Shown: positions 1-16,013 of the stretch, piece after piece | Layout: each line of letters starts with the position of its first letter | Numbering within the stretch: the stretch's first letter is position 1 | DNA from: Octopus vulgaris | Taxonomy: Eukaryota | Assembly: GCA_951406725.2 (NCBI GenBank) | Contig: OX597818.1 | Span: 88,412,001 to 88,476,000, forward strand | DNA: 64,000 nucleotides | Direction of reading: 5' to 3' | Notes under the pieces: model-generated | Told to the model about the DNA's origin: nothing | Database searches by the model: none | What the model saw: the letters and a program-made list of their open reading frames with translations, nothing else | Program-made: the position numbers and the translations under genes

Positions 1-39
1 GCGTATATATATTTATGTACGTATGTATGTATACATACA

Positions 40-108
<69 letters not shown>

Positions 109-650
109 CTCTCCCATGACTAATTAGTAAAAATACGAACATATCCCATATTTATGAAATATGGTTTTAACGACTTCCGCTAATTGAAGCAGACATGAGT
201 CGCTACCATTTAACTTCAAGAATATTTGTGATTTTGTAAAACCTTTCGTTTCGCAATATTTATTGCAGTTATTTCTGCAACGTGTAAGGTTTCGGTTTCT
301 ATAGGTCGCGATTGATCCTTCTTCTATAAACGAATTAAAAGGATATTGAAATGCTAGCATTTATATTCCACTTGTAAAGTTTCTTTCTGTATCACTGTTA
401 CATCATTTACGACAGTGATGTAATGCTTGTTTTGTTTGTTTATGATTCCTCGTCGACGAACAAACTCGTAAATACGCTAGAGACATATTTGATGGAAACT
501 ATTTCAAGGGTGAATGGAAACATTTTGGTGTTCTGTTTCAGGAGAAATTTTACATAGCGTTTCACGATATTTGTTCCTCCACTTCACATTCTTAGTTCAA
601 ATCCCGCCGTGGTCAATCAACTCTGCCTCACATACTCCCTTGAGTGGTCA

Positions 651-746
<96 letters not shown>

Positions 747-759
747 ACATACATACGTC

Positions 760-960
760 AGGACGCCATGATAGATCGTTTGCTCCTACACGCATTTTTT
801 CTCTCCTTGTTTTTTTTTCTGTATATCTTTCTGTCGAAGAGCGTAGGCTCGAAACGTAAAAGACTTTTTCTATTTCTATTCCTGAGCGCTATACTAATAC
901 ATTTGTTTGTTTGTACTCCACCTGCCTTCGTCTTTTGTTTATTTTCGTAAACTTTCCCTC
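760..960 (+). mobile_element. Penelope-like terminal-repeat fragment (HHR family 1), copy 1
   Basis: About 200 bp between two (TA)n tracts; homologous by eye to 49675-49830(-), 59200-59420 and 60205-60400; carries an HHR-like motif. Confidence 0.6.
826..863 (+). ncRNA. Minimal type I hammerhead-like motif (A6U core variant)
   Basis: TCTTT-CTGTCGA-A-GAGC-gtag-GCTC-GAAA-CG-TA-AAAGA: 5-bp stem I, 4-bp stem II, palindromic ACGT in place of stem III. Confidence 0.6.
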
Positions 961-1107
<147 letters not shown>

Positions 1108-1229
1108 ATATGAGAATGAAAGCTTTGTCTCTCATCCTCCCTTGAGGGGTCAATAAAACAAAATATCGGTAACCTACTGGGGTCGATGAATTCAAACCAT
1201 TTCCTTGTGTATGATTTTTTTTTTTTTAT

Positions 1230-1645
1230 CGTTTATCGTTAACTTGTTTCAGTCAGTGGCTTGAAGCCATGATGGACCATCCCCTTGGAGGTTTTTAGTC
1301 GAACAAACAGACCTCAGTACGTATGTTTTACTAGTCGAAGAAATAGAGACGGGGCCAATTTTTATGCCCGGTTTTTATTGTAGCAGTTCCCTTTTGCTGA
1401 AATCGCTATGTTACGGGGAACTAAAACAACCAACACCTGTTGTGAGACGGTATGGGCTGGAGAAACTCAGACACTAACACGCGCGCATATATGACGGACT
1501 TCCACACAGTTTCCGTCTACCAAATTAACTCACAAGTCATTGGTCAGCTCGGGGCAATAAAAGTAGACCCTGGCCCAAGATGTTGCATAGCGGTTCTGAA
1601 GTCGAAACCACGTGGTTGCAAAGCGAGCATCTTAACTGCACAGCG
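1230..1645 (-). mobile_element. tRNA-derived SINE family A, diverged copy
   Basis: Aligns by eye to the copy at 50633-51043 (gtttccgtctaccaaa; cttgtttcagtca). Confidence 0.75.
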
Positions 1646-2328
1646 AATTAGATTCTCGTTATGTGATATCGAAACAAGTTAATGCCTTTCTAGTTCAATC
1701 AATAAGTACAGCTCACCACGATCTCAGTCACTTCACATATCTTCTCACAGGCCTACAAAGGGACATTTAATGGATTGTTCGACTCGCTAGAAACAACAGC
1801 CAAATCTCTCACAAATCATATCATAATAAAAAAGAAAAAAATGATTCATTGTATAATGTTATTCTTAATAATATATCTGTGAGTTAAAGAGAAGTAGGTT
1901 ACTGTATGAGTGTCTTTCATAACAGCACTGCTCCATCTGCCAACAAGAACTACTGAAACTCAGTTCAATCACAAAACATTTTCTTGGTCAATAATCTTTT
2001 AGAAATAGCAGCTAAATCTCACCCAAATAACGTGCTTTAAAAATGAAAAAAATAGATTGGGTAATGTGAAGTTCGTTACCTAACCAAATGGTTCTGGGTT
2101 CAGTCCCACAGCGTTGTACCTTAGACAAATATCTTCTACTATAGCCCCGGTTACACCAAAGCCCTGGAATTGGATTTATTGACGAAATCTGAAAGAAGCC
2201 CGACGTATATGTGTGTATGCGCATGTATACATAATTAAATACATACATAACATATGTACGTATGTATGCATGCACACGCACAAACACACACACACATATT
2301 TGTCTACATTATATATATGTATACATAC

Positions 2329-2409
<81 letters not shown>

Positions 2410-3174
2410 GGAAAGACGATTTTCATCTCCTCGATCTACGTGAGTGCTTTTGTACACGAAGCGCCTATAAGAGAAGATCTCTCAAGGCTAATAATGCAGT
2501 ATTTGGTGTTGCAACAAGGCATCCATGTTAAATGCGATATAAAGATTACCTTTTGGTAAAAATAAAACTTCTGTCGCTAATAATTAATATATACATACAT
2601 ATATACATACATACATAAATACATATATATATATGATATATGACATGTGCATATTACGCATATACGGACATGTATATGATGCATAAAATGTGCGCGGACA
2701 CATACAAATGCAGGTGTTTATAATGTAGACACACGCGCAGATATCTAAATTTTGTAACATCTAAAATGACGTTCCGCAGAAGTATATTTTATTGAAGTGT
2801 TATTCTATTTTTCTTTTATACCAACGATCACGTCGTTTGATCTTGCAATTAATCGTTTGACATGAGCGACATCTAGCCGCAGGTCTTGACACTAACTTTA
2901 CTGAGTAAAACTAAAACAACACCAATGACGTATACAAAAAAATAAATATATAAACACGTAAAATGGAGAAGCAACAAATTCTGCTTTACCATCATTATCA
3001 CAATCATCATAATGTGCTTCAGCAGGAATAATTTAAACAGTAAAAATTAACAAAAAAGTTACAGCTGCAAATAAAAAGAGAGCAACAAATGTTGAGTTCT
3101 GGGAAAAGAACGAAAATGGCAGACACAGTGATGTGTATGTATGTATGTATGTATGTATGTGTACGCATACATAC

Positions 3175-3267
<93 letters not shown>

Positions 3268-3672
3268 GATAGATAAATAAATATTTTGTTAGATAGGTAG
3301 GTAGAAACTATAGCAGCATATATAATACCTATGTGAGTGTGTATGTGTGTGTGTGTACATACATATATTCATATTTATATATGTATACGCACACACACAC
3401 ACACACACAGACAGACACACACACACACATATATAAATATATATGAGTGTGTGTGTGCTCATATACATATATACAAACATTTACGTAGGCATTTATACAT
3501 ACATACATACATACATACATACATGCATGCATACATACATACATACATATACACACGCATACATACATACATACATTCATACATACATACATACATATAC
3601 ATACATACTTACATACACACATACACATACATACATACATACATTCAAGTATGCATACATATATACAAATAT

Positions 3673-3744
<72 letters not shown>

Positions 3745-4285
3745 GTGTATATATACATACATATATGTATACGTATGTGTGCTTGAGTAAGCGTAGGCTG
3801 AGTGAGAGAAAGAGAGAGAGAGAGAGAGGGAGAAATAAATAAAGAGGGAGAAGGGAGAGAGAAAAAGAACAATATAAACAGTGTCAGTCTAAGATTTACA
3901 CTGGTAACAACAACAACAACACAACAACAACAACAACAACAACATAAATGGTAAAATGCATCGAAGAAAGGAAAGGAAGAAGAAAGGAAAGTAGGAATGA
4001 CTAGAGAGAGAGAGGGATGTAGAAGGTACGGAGGGCGATGTAAAGAAATAAGAAAGAAATGATGAAATACCAAAAAGGAAAAAAAAAAGATGATGAGTAA
4101 GGGTAAGGAGGAAGGAGAGGAGGGTGTGTTTGAAGGGAGAGCATCATTTGATGACGGAAGAAGTAAAAAGTGATTTTGTTTCGAAACGATGTAAGTAATT
4201 AATTGAGTTCTTTGATTTGACATTTCCAAAAACATTTTAGATTCGGGACAGGTAAATGTCTTTGACAAACAGGTAGAAAGAGAAA

Positions 4286-4321
<36 letters not shown>

Positions 4322-4394
4322 AGGAGAGAGAAACAGAGAGAGACAGACAAATAAAGACAAAAATTACTCAGCACCTCCCTCGCACTCTCTCCAT

Positions 4395-4446
<52 letters not shown>

Positions 4447-4649
4447 CTTTTTTCGTGTGGTAAGAAGTTTTTTTCCAGCCGCACAGTTCCGTGTTCAGTC
4501 TTATCACGTGGCACCCGGGGCAAGTCTCTTCTATTGCAGTCTCAAGTCGACCAAAGACTTGTGAGTGAATTAGGTACACGGAAACTGAACGAAACCTAAG
4601 TTGGCACACATGCACACACATATGCATCTTTGTATACGTATATATATAT

Positions 4650-4709
<60 letters not shown>

Positions 4710-4710
4710 T

Positions 4711-4759
<49 letters not shown>

Positions 4760-4904
4760 ACTGAAGACTGAGGGTTTCGAATGTCCTGTTCGTGTTTATT
4801 GTATCGCCTTCTAAGAGTTATACGTTCTTGTCCATGTTGTATTTTTCTACATACCTTAATATATATATATATATATGTACGCACACACACGCACACATAT
4901 ATAT

Positions 4905-5085
4905 ATCCTTACCTTCGAAACGCGGAGTAGATGGAACAGGGACAACTGAAGAAGGGGAATATTCCTTGTGTTGTATGTCTTGTACTCTGTTTTCTTCGTT
5001 GTTTGAAAAAAGTGCGTTTCTATGTTTTTGTTTTTATGTTTTCGTTTCTCATTGTGTTGAACGTTTTTTGACGTCCTGTACCCAT
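4905..5085 (+). mobile_element. Repeat with split hammerhead-like elements (family 2), probable Penelope-like terminal fragment
   Basis: ccttcGAAAcgcggagt...caaCTGAAGAaggggaatattcctt; homologous to about 14845-15018. Confidence 0.4.
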
Positions 5086-5640
5086 ATATGCATGTATATA
5101 TACATATATATGTAGGTATGTTACATATATATATATGCAAATACTTATATATTATTTATATATATATATATATGTATAGATGTATGTATAGGCATATATA
5201 CATATATATTATGTGCGTGTCTTTGTATCTATGTTTACCCCACTACTGCTTGACAACTGGTATTGGTTTGTTTGTGTTCACGTAACCTAGCATTTCGGCA
5301 AAACTTGCTGGGATCGATCTATTCGACTAAAAATCCTTCAAAGCGGTGCCCCAGTATAGCCGCAGTTTAATGACAGAAACAAGTAAAAAAAAATCAATAT
5401 TAAAATCACTAACTGCTGTCTTAGAAAAAATACGCATTCGATATTCTGGTCCTAAGTCCGTTGCGAATTGTGAGAAAATTCAAGAAAATTAAAGTCCTGA
5501 AACAAACAGGTTAGTCACTGATGGAATAGCTTTGAATAAAGTCTGCTCGATCATAGCCGACCTAGCGTTATACAATAATTATGAAAACGACGACAGCGAC
5601 AACCCTATTCTTCACCCACCTCTCAGTAGTGTGTCTATCC

Positions 5641-5672
5641 GCGACGAAGGACTATATCCGAAACGTTATGCT
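5641..5672 (+). ncRNA. Degenerate minimal hammerhead-like motif
   Basis: gcGACGA-A-GGA-ctata-TCC-GAAA-CGTTA; stem II and GAAA intact, 5' core and stem I decayed. Confidence 0.35.
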
Positions 5673-6112
5673 TTTACTCTGTAACATTCACCTTATAACC
5701 TCTTTCTGTATTTTAGCGTCAACCGAATAACATTAACAGTGAACGTCCCTTGGGATTTTATTGTTCTCTTCTTATTCGTACATTAGCATATTACCTTGTA
5801 ATTAATATTGAAGGAAACGAGGGCGCCTCTAAGTGGTCAACCGATCGGATAGAAGTAGTAACCAAACCGTTTTAAATCACATCCTTTAAATCACAAAGAA
5901 CATATTGAGCAATGTAGTAAAAATGGTCATCACTGGACGTTTTCTAGAAAGAAGTGCGATTGGTATTGAAACTGATTTGGGCTTTCTAATGCCTTCGGAC
6001 ACTTCCGACCAACTCGTCTGTCCACCTCATCTTATCCTTCGTACATCCAAACACTTTACCACTTGACCCGTGATAACTACAATGCTCAATACATCTTCCT
6101 CAAAACATCCTT

Positions 6113-6481
6113 TTCTACTCTAAGCACAAGGCCCGAAATTTTGGGGGAGCGGGCCAGTCGATTAGATCGACCTCAGTACACAACTGATACTTAATTCACC
6201 GACCCCGAAAGGATGAAAGGCAAAGTCGATCTCGGCGGAATTTGAACTCAGAACGTAAAGGCAGATGAAATACCTATTTCTTTACTACCCACAAGGGGCT
6301 AAACACAGAGGGGACAAACAAGGACAGACAAACGGATTAAGTCGATTATATCGACCCCAGTGCGTAACTGGTACTTAATTTATCGACCCCAAAAAGATGA
6401 AAGACAAAGTCGACCTCGGCAGACGAAATACTGCTAAGCATTTCGCCCGGCGTGCTAACGTTTCTGCCAGCTCGCCGCCTT
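6113..6481 (-). mobile_element. SINE family B dimer (head-core-Tx1-like tail, then core-alternative tail)
   Basis: tRNA-like head ggcggcgagctggcagaaacgttagcacg; core resembling gcctttcatcctttcggggtcgat twice; junction aaagaaata|ggtatttc. Confidence 0.85.
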
Positions 6482-6857
6482 ATCTTGCCCCAGAACATCG
6501 TTCTCCTAGAAACTCTTCTTCGTTCATGTCTTTCCTTCAAGTACAAGGAAAGAAAAATTCGTTCTTTTGCTACTGATTTGCTACAGACACACAGTCCAAA
6601 GTCTAACTCACATTGCTACCGCTTTCATCAGTTTATTGTACCCCTATTACCTCACTTTGACACCTGTCACAGCTACAGCACACATAAACGAGGCTAAATT
6701 CTGTCCTCAGACATGACCGCATCAGTTTTAAAATTTTTTAATTCTTATTTTATTTTAGTATTTTTTTTTTCTCATATGGAAAGATTATACGTGAACGTTA
6801 CTTCTGAACTATATAGTATGTATGTGTGTCTGTGTGTGCGCGTAGTTTGAGATGTAT

Positions 6858-6911
6858 CCTCGATCCTACGACTGCGAGTCCGCTGCCCTAGCCACTGGGT
6901 CATTGCGCCTC

Positions 6912-6912
<1 letters not shown>
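6858..6912 (-). mobile_element. SINE family C, tRNA-like head only
   Basis: Reverse complement ggaggcgcaatgacccagtggctagggcagcggactcg matches the head at 34198. Confidence 0.6.
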
Positions 6913-6947
<35 letters not shown>

Positions 6948-7334
6948 CACACACACACACACGCACAAACACACACACATAGAAAATATAGGGTAGAAGA
7001 ATTAGAGAAAACTTCTAACAGTTGCTAGCATGCATAAAATAGTCAATAGACAACATATTTTTCATATAAAATTAGTGTATATCTATACACAGAAGAGGTG
7101 ACCCCTAACAGGACACCTTGCATGCTAAAAGAACCGTCAAAGTCCAAACCACGGTTAAGAGCAATTTCGAATGGGATGAAAAATAAAAACATTTTCAATA
7201 GTTACTACCTGTACCTGGGTTACGAACATTAATGAACAAATAAAATAATTTGTTATCCGTGTTCTTCATCAGCAAGGACGCAAATAACGTATAATTATGG
7301 GACAAGGAGGGAGCACATGTCGTGTACATTATAA

Positions 7335-9100
<1,766 letters not shown>

Positions 9101-9179
9101 CCCAAAAATTCAATAAGAATCGATAAATGACTAAAAGCACCCCTTTGCCTATTGAAAGCAAAGCAATTATTGACAGAAA

Positions 9180-9390
9180 ACGTTAACCAATCAGAATGTA
9201 TTTCTCACTTGTTTACACATTCTTCCAATGACTAACATCTTGTTACCACATTTCTACAGCATCACCTTTATTACACAGCAGAACATAAACAAACAGTTAA
9301 CCAATGCTTGCTTACGAACAAACACCTCCGTTTAAGAGTCTAACATGGCCGCTGTATTCGGATGTAGGTTGAAAGCGGAAGTTAAATGTC
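9180..9390 (+). promoter_or_regulatory. Candidate promoter-like motif cluster
   Basis: CCAAT at 9187, 9225 and 9301; YY1-like AACATGGCCGC 9342-9352; ETS GCGGAAGT 9375-9382. Confidence 0.25.
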
Positions 9391-9420
9391 AGATTGTACA
9401 TACATACATACATACATACA

Positions 9421-9453
<33 letters not shown>

Positions 9454-9612
9454 GTATATATATTTGTGTGTGATATTTAAACAAACACACACATACACAC
9501 ATATACAAACTCTCTTACACACCGACCACACTCACAAATTAATATACACGGATAAGCACACGTGTGTATATATACATATAAGTACACATATATATATATA
9601 TATGTTCATATG

Positions 9613-9662
<50 letters not shown>

Positions 9663-9687
9663 TATACAAATATATATATACATATGT

Positions 9688-9723
<36 letters not shown>

Positions 9724-9803
9724 GTATACATATATATATATGTATGTATACATAATATACATGTAAATACATATGTATACATATATATATATGTATATAC
9801 ATA

Positions 9804-9837
<34 letters not shown>

Positions 9838-10321
9838 CACTCAGACATATGTTTATTATATATCAGGTAAACAGGAACTTAAATGTCTTAGCACTGACGA
9901 CTTCCTGAGTGACTGTACTCAGTGATCTGTGCATTCGTTCTCTTGCTGAGTACTATGTGACAAATTCTGTTCGCCACATTCTTCTGAAAGAAATCCATAA
10001 AATGATTGCTATAATTTGCCTCACAGTGCACACACACACACACATATATATACACACACACATATACATATATATATGTGTGTATATATATACACACATA
10101 TATATATTGAAAGAGAGAGAGAAAAAAGTGAGAGGGAGACAGAGGAAGAGATTGAGAGAGAGAGATTTATGTGTGAGTGTGCTTCGCTGAGTATCGATCA
10201 GCATGAGTATTGGTGTACAATAGTTTATTTAATATGGTCTAAAGCAATAGATCACTGGGCCAACTTAAATAAACTACACACACACATACACACACACATG
10301 TATATATGTACATATATGTAA

Positions 10322-10352
<31 letters not shown>

Positions 10353-11749
10353 AAATAAATATATATATAAATGTATGTTGATATATATATACATATATAT
10401 GTATGTGTGTGTGTATGTGCGTGTGTGCGTGTGTGTGTGTGTGCGTGTGTGTGTGTGTGTATGTTCACGCAAACACATTCACACAAGCGCATGCGTGCAC
10501 ACACATATACCTATATGTATATCGCTTATTTTTATCACAGCAATAGACCGCTTTACATAATAACAGTTGAATAACATTATCTGCGTTTTCCCACCCTATA
10601 TATGGTTTGCGCGTATGTGCAATTCATCTTTGTATGTATATATGAATATTTATGCATATACATCTAGGCCTAAACATTACTCCATATATTAACTATTGAT
10701 TCTGCTATTAGAATGACAAGCGATCTTTATAAACTGCGTACAGTGGTGAAAGAAGTCATACGTTGCTCTTTAATCAAAATATATGAAACTGCATAGATTT
10801 TCAATGAGGATTAGAGAAACCAAGATTTCCTACGTTTTCAACGAAAACTCATTAAAGAAGACACCACGTGATTCAAGTCATTAATCAACCAGCGTGCCTC
10901 TAGCTCTTTGCTCCTACGTAGGTCAGCTGATGAACACAAGAATTTGCATTGTACGAGCTATAAAAGTTGTCATTCTTAATCGAAAGAAAGAAGCAATTAT
11001 GATAATATATATGCCTGATGTTGTATAATCTTTGTCAACAATGTTCCGGAAGTCCTATGGTTAAATGTGTTTCGTGCATTAATTTCTTGCACTTTATAAC
11101 AGACAGCTGATCTAACACTATATAATTCAGTATGTCCTTCTTTATTACAGGTAACTTTCGAAGTCATCCGTCATGACAAACAACTTTGGAAGTAAAGTTT
11201 TGCCACCAATGTAATGTGTCCTTTGTTATAGAATAGAGTGTTACCCCTCATATAAGAAATCAACATACCAACAAACCAACCAACCAACCAACAAACATTT
11301 ATATCGACTATTACCATACAGAGTTTAAACATGGAGTGTTGGCAGAATGGTCAGGGGTTGTCGGATAAAATGATTTGCAGCATTTTTCCATCTTTTACTT
11401 CTGAGATAAAATTCTGCCGAGGTCGACTTTGCCTTTCATCCCTTCCGGATCGATAAAAATAAGTACCAGGTGAGCACAGGGGTCGATGTAATCGACTATT
11501 ATCATAGTTAAGGTGGCTTGCTGGTTGAGTTATTTGGGGGCGTCGGATAAAATGCTCCGACAGCATTCCTTCCGTTTTTCCGTCCTGAGATAAAATTCTG
11601 CAGAGATCAGTTTTTTTCCTTTCATCATTTTGGGATCGATAAAAATAGATACCAGTTAATTATAAAGAGATTAAAGGCGGCGAGCTGGCAGATTCGTTAG
11701 TCCGTCGAAGAAAATACTTAGCAGATCAAATTCTGCCGAGGTCGACTTA

Positions 11750-12130
11750 CTCTCTTTACTCGTTTCAGTCATTTGACTGTGGCCATGCTGGAGCACTGCC
11801 TTTAGTCGAACAAATCGACCCCAGGACTTATTCTTTGGAAGCCTAGTACTTATTCTATCGGTCTCTTTTGCCGAACCGCTAAGTTACGAGGACATAAACA
11901 CACCAACATCGGTTGTCAAGCGATGTTGTGGGGACAAACACAGACACACACATATATACATATATACGACGGGATTCTTTCAGTTTCCGTCTACCAAATC
12001 TACTCACAAGGCTTTGGTCGGCCCGAGGCTATAGTAGAAGACACTTGCCCAAGGTGCCACGCAGTAGGCCTGAACCCGGAACCATGTGGCTCGTAAGCAA
12101 GCTACTTACCACACAGTCACTCCTACGCCT
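11750..12130 (-). mobile_element. SINE family A, near full length
   Basis: A/B-box head, CORE-like ccttgggcaagtgtctt, central (TA/TG)n linker, gaaacgagtaaagag tail. Confidence 0.9.
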
Positions 12131-12398
12131 ATAAAAATTTACTCAAACAAGGACGTAACTGGTACTTATCTAATCGAAAGGCAAAGTCGACCTCGGCGGA
12201 ATTTGAACTCAGAGCGTAACGGCAGACAAAATACCGCAAAGCACTTCGCTCGGCGTGCTAACGTTTCTGCCAGCTCGTCGCCTTTTAGCGATCAATAAAA
12301 ATAAGTACAGTTGAGCACTGGGGTGAATGTAATCGACTAACCCCGTCCCTCTTACAAAATTTGAGGCCACCTGACTATTGAAGAAATGACTATATAAA

Positions 12399-13174
12399 CT
12401 AGAGTACTACCCGGTGTACAGCGGGTAACTTTTGAAGCATACTTTTCCATCATGCGTAAAACCAGGAAATATGGCATGCGTATAATAATTATAATTTAGT
12501 TTTTATCAAACTTCTTGATACTTATACCAAAATGATGAAATGGATACTAATTTTCAATTCAAAATGGTTATTATCTTAAAATAAAATTAAATAAAAACAC
12601 ATTTCTCATGTGTATATTTGTTTGCAATAAATATATGATATTATTTTTGTACATTTTATCAACATAATTGCTATCTACTCCATCGAAAATTTACCGCTGA
12701 AAAAGGAATAAAAAAAATACAGAAATAATTAAAAAATGTATATTTTTCAGAACGTTATTGAGCATTCATCTAGCATCGCTTATGTTATGTTTCTTCATTA
12801 GCCACACAGGGCTGCACACAGACAGGACAAATTACAAGGTAGAGCTTTTCTTTTGGGGGTAGAAAAAGGGGGCTTGGTTTTCGATCAGAAGGGATCGTAA
12901 AGGGAAAGAAAGAGGACAAAAAAGGGGGGAATAAAATTTAAAAAAAGGCGGCGAGATGAAAAAAAAGGGAAAGGAAAAAAAAATTGATCAATAGTGATCG
13001 TTATCACAGAAATGTCAATATGAAGTGTAAAGGGGAGGACAGGTGAGGTTTATTCGTGGAAAGAAAAGCCTACGGAAAAGACCACGGTAACCCCGGTTCC
13101 CTCTCTGTATTTGTTTTAAACTCTTTCTTTCTCTTTCCCGCTCGCCCACTCTCTCTTTACAATATAAAGTATGA
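12399..13174 (-). mobile_element. Non-autonomous Helitron containing a nested Tx1 3' fragment
   Basis: Minus-strand 5' TC, subterminal hairpin 12408-12427, terminal CTAG 12399-12402; diverged sister copy at 13428-13850. Confidence 0.6.
12790..13096 (-). mobile_element. Tx1-like LINE 3'UTR fragment
   Basis: Reverse complement aligns with 8322-8547 (ggttaccgtggtc...tttccacgaataa...tttgtcc...ctgtgtggctaatgaagaaa). Confidence 0.7.
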
Positions 13175-13427
13175 CGAGTAATTAACCAACCAGCCAACCA
13201 ATATTTATAACGCGAGCTGGTTGGATCGTTAATACGTCGGGCTTAGCGGCATTTCCTATGTTCTTACGTTCTCAGTTCAAATTTCGCTGAGGTTGACTTC
13301 ACTCATTATCTTTTCGGGGTTGATAAAATAAGCACACATTGAGGACTGGGGTCGATGTAATCCTCTTAGCCCCTCCCTCCAAACTTGCTGGCCTTGTGCC
13401 AAAATTTGAGACCATTTTTATAGAGAT

Positions 13428-13850
13428 ACTAGAGTGATACACATCATATGACAGGTTACTTTGGAAATATATTTGGCCACCTTCGGTGATATCAGGAAAT
13501 ATAGCTTGCATGCAAAAATTATAATTTGGCTTTTTATCAAACATCTTGGTACTGAAATGAATTCTAATTTTCAAAAGAAAAATATTTATTACTTTAAATT
13601 GTAATTAACTAAAACAAAATTCTCATCAGCATATTTGCAATAAATATGTGCTATTATCTTTTTTTAATTGTACCAACGTAATTGCAACTTTCTTCATCGA
13701 AAAACTATCTCCGAAAAATTTCATCAAAATATGTTTGTTTGTTTGTTTGTTTTTTCGGAAATTTATGACGTTCATACTGCACCTCTTTTGTTAGTTTCTA
13801 CCGTACCTCACTTTCATTCTCCACCCCCACTCTATACAATATAAAAGCGT
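13428..13850 (-). mobile_element. Diverged second copy of the 12399-13174 Helitron-like element
   Basis: Shared actagagt end, ttttatcaaac, tttgcaataaatat and tacaatataaa. Confidence 0.5.
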
Positions 13851-13892
13851 AACTAGAGAAATCAACCAACACGCATTTATGTTGGCCATTAT

Positions 13893-14420
13893 GAGCTGGT
13901 AGAAACGTTAGCACGCCGGAAGAAATGCGTAGCCGTATTTCGTCTGTCGTTACGTTCTGAGTTCAAATTCCGCCGAGGTCGACTTTGCCTTTCATCCTTT
14001 CGGGGTCGATAAATAAAGTACCAGTTACATACTGGGGTCGATGTAATCGACTTAATCCCTTTGTCTGTCCTTGTTTGTCCCCTCTGTTTAGCCCCTTGTG
14101 GGCAGTAAAGAAATACATTATTATACAGACATGGAAGGAGGCGAATTGGCAGAATCGTTAGCATGTCAGGCAAAATTCTGAGCGGTATTTCGTCTGTCTT
14201 TACGTTTTAAGTTCAAATTCCGCCAAGGTCGACTTTGCCTTTCATACTTTCGGGGTCGATAAATTAAGTACCAGATGAGTACTAGGGTCGATGTAATTGA
14301 CTTAATCCGTTTGTCTGTCCTTTTTTGTCCCCTCTGTGTTCAGCCCCTTGTGGGTAGTAAAGAAATAGGTATTTCGTCCGTCGTTATGTTCTGAATTCAA
14401 ATTCCTCCGAAGTCGATTAT
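13893..14420 (+). mobile_element. Two adjacent SINE family B copies; the second has a partial extra unit
   Basis: Both have head, core and Tx1-like tail; junction aaagaaataggtatttc at about 14360-14376. Confidence 0.85.
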
Positions 14421-14616
14421 CTCAACAAACAAAGCGGAATTCCTGAAGTAGATCCAACGGAAATATACCCCAACTGCGGATGACACCAGGTAGCCCAAAC
14501 GGTACCAGTGCTCTACTCAACACTTCAACACACTAATCGAGAAAAGACAGGAGACACACACACACACGTGTAAATATTAGTCCAAAAATATTAAATGTAT
14601 ATATTTACACGTGTAT

Positions 14617-14661
<45 letters not shown>

Positions 14662-15232
14662 TCCTGTCTTTTCTCCTGTCAAAGCTTGTTCCTCAAGCGT
14701 TCGCCACCTCACCTCGTTATTGCTTAGCATCTATTACTGTTTGTTTTCACTGTCCTACTTTTGTTACCAACTTTGACCCTCCGCAGATCTCAAATATTAT
14801 TTTGCTTTACGGGATCAACTGTTTTCTCGAAGACACATCTTGTCGTAATTGTTCGAAAATTGGAGTAGATAAACAGCCGACAACTGATGAAAAGTCGTTC
14901 TTTGTGTTACTTCTCTTGTTTTCAATTTGTTTCTTTCGTTGTTCGCAAAAAAGTTCATATTCCGTGTTTTCGTATTTCCTATTTGAAGCTGTTTACGTTT
15001 TAAGACGTCCTATACTCATATATGCATATGTATATACATATATATGTAAGTATGTACATATATGAATGTATATATACATACACACACGCACATATATTCG
15101 CTGCTTTCTTCCAAAGAATCTAATACTCTTAGCTTACATTTTCCTTGGGGCTGGCCAGTTTGGAGCAATCTCAAGAAGAATCAGCCGAAATTGCGAGGAT
15201 AATCTGGTGCATATATATATACATATATACAC

Positions 15233-15346
<114 letters not shown>

Positions 15347-15474
15347 GGTAATGAAAGTAAAATGTCTGTGTCTGTGTTTATCTGTTGGTATATGTATGTA
15401 AGTATGTATGTATGTATGTATGTATGTATGTATGTATGTATGTATGTATGTATGTATCTTTTATCTTTTATCAT

Positions 15475-15659
15475 TGACTTGTTTCAGTCTCTGGAATGCG
15501 GCCAAGTGGGAGCCTTAAGAGCTTAGTCGAAGAAAACGAACCTAGTAATTATTTTTTAAGCCTCTATCGGTCTCTATTGCTGAACCGGGTACTTAAACAA
15601 ATCACCACCGGTTATAAAGCAGTGCCGGGAGACAGAAACACAAAGACCCCCACATTGAT

Positions 15660-15698
<39 letters not shown>

Positions 15699-15847
15699 CG
15701 ACAAAGTTCTTTCAGTTTCCGTCCACCAAATCCACTCACAAGGCTTTGGTCGGCCCTAGGCTATAGTAGAAAACACTTACTCGAGGTGCCACGCAGTGGA
15801 ACTGAACCCGGGACCACGCGATTCGGAGCAAACTTCTTACCACACAG

Positions 15848-15850
<3 letters not shown>
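15475..15850 (-). mobile_element. SINE family A, diverged copy
   Basis: tcttt cagtttccgtccaccaaatccactcacaaggctttgg matches family A. Confidence 0.8.
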
Positions 15851-15884
<34 letters not shown>

Positions 15885-15976
15885 TACATTCTAAAATGCT
15901 ACACAAAATTTCTAACAGAATAAATGATTAGATGGATTTTTATAGTCAAAGACAAAATAAAGATCACGTATATATA

Positions 15977-16013
<37 letters not shown>

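Noticed and set aside
124-360. 78-aa minus-strand ORF in unique sequence
   Set aside because: No recognisable motif; length expected by chance
11913-12298. Recurrent peptides such as RASFSFRLPN...HLPKVPRSGTEPGTMW and RPRKDERQSRPRRNLNSER
   Set aside because: Chance translations of SINE families A and B, recurring because the SINEs recur
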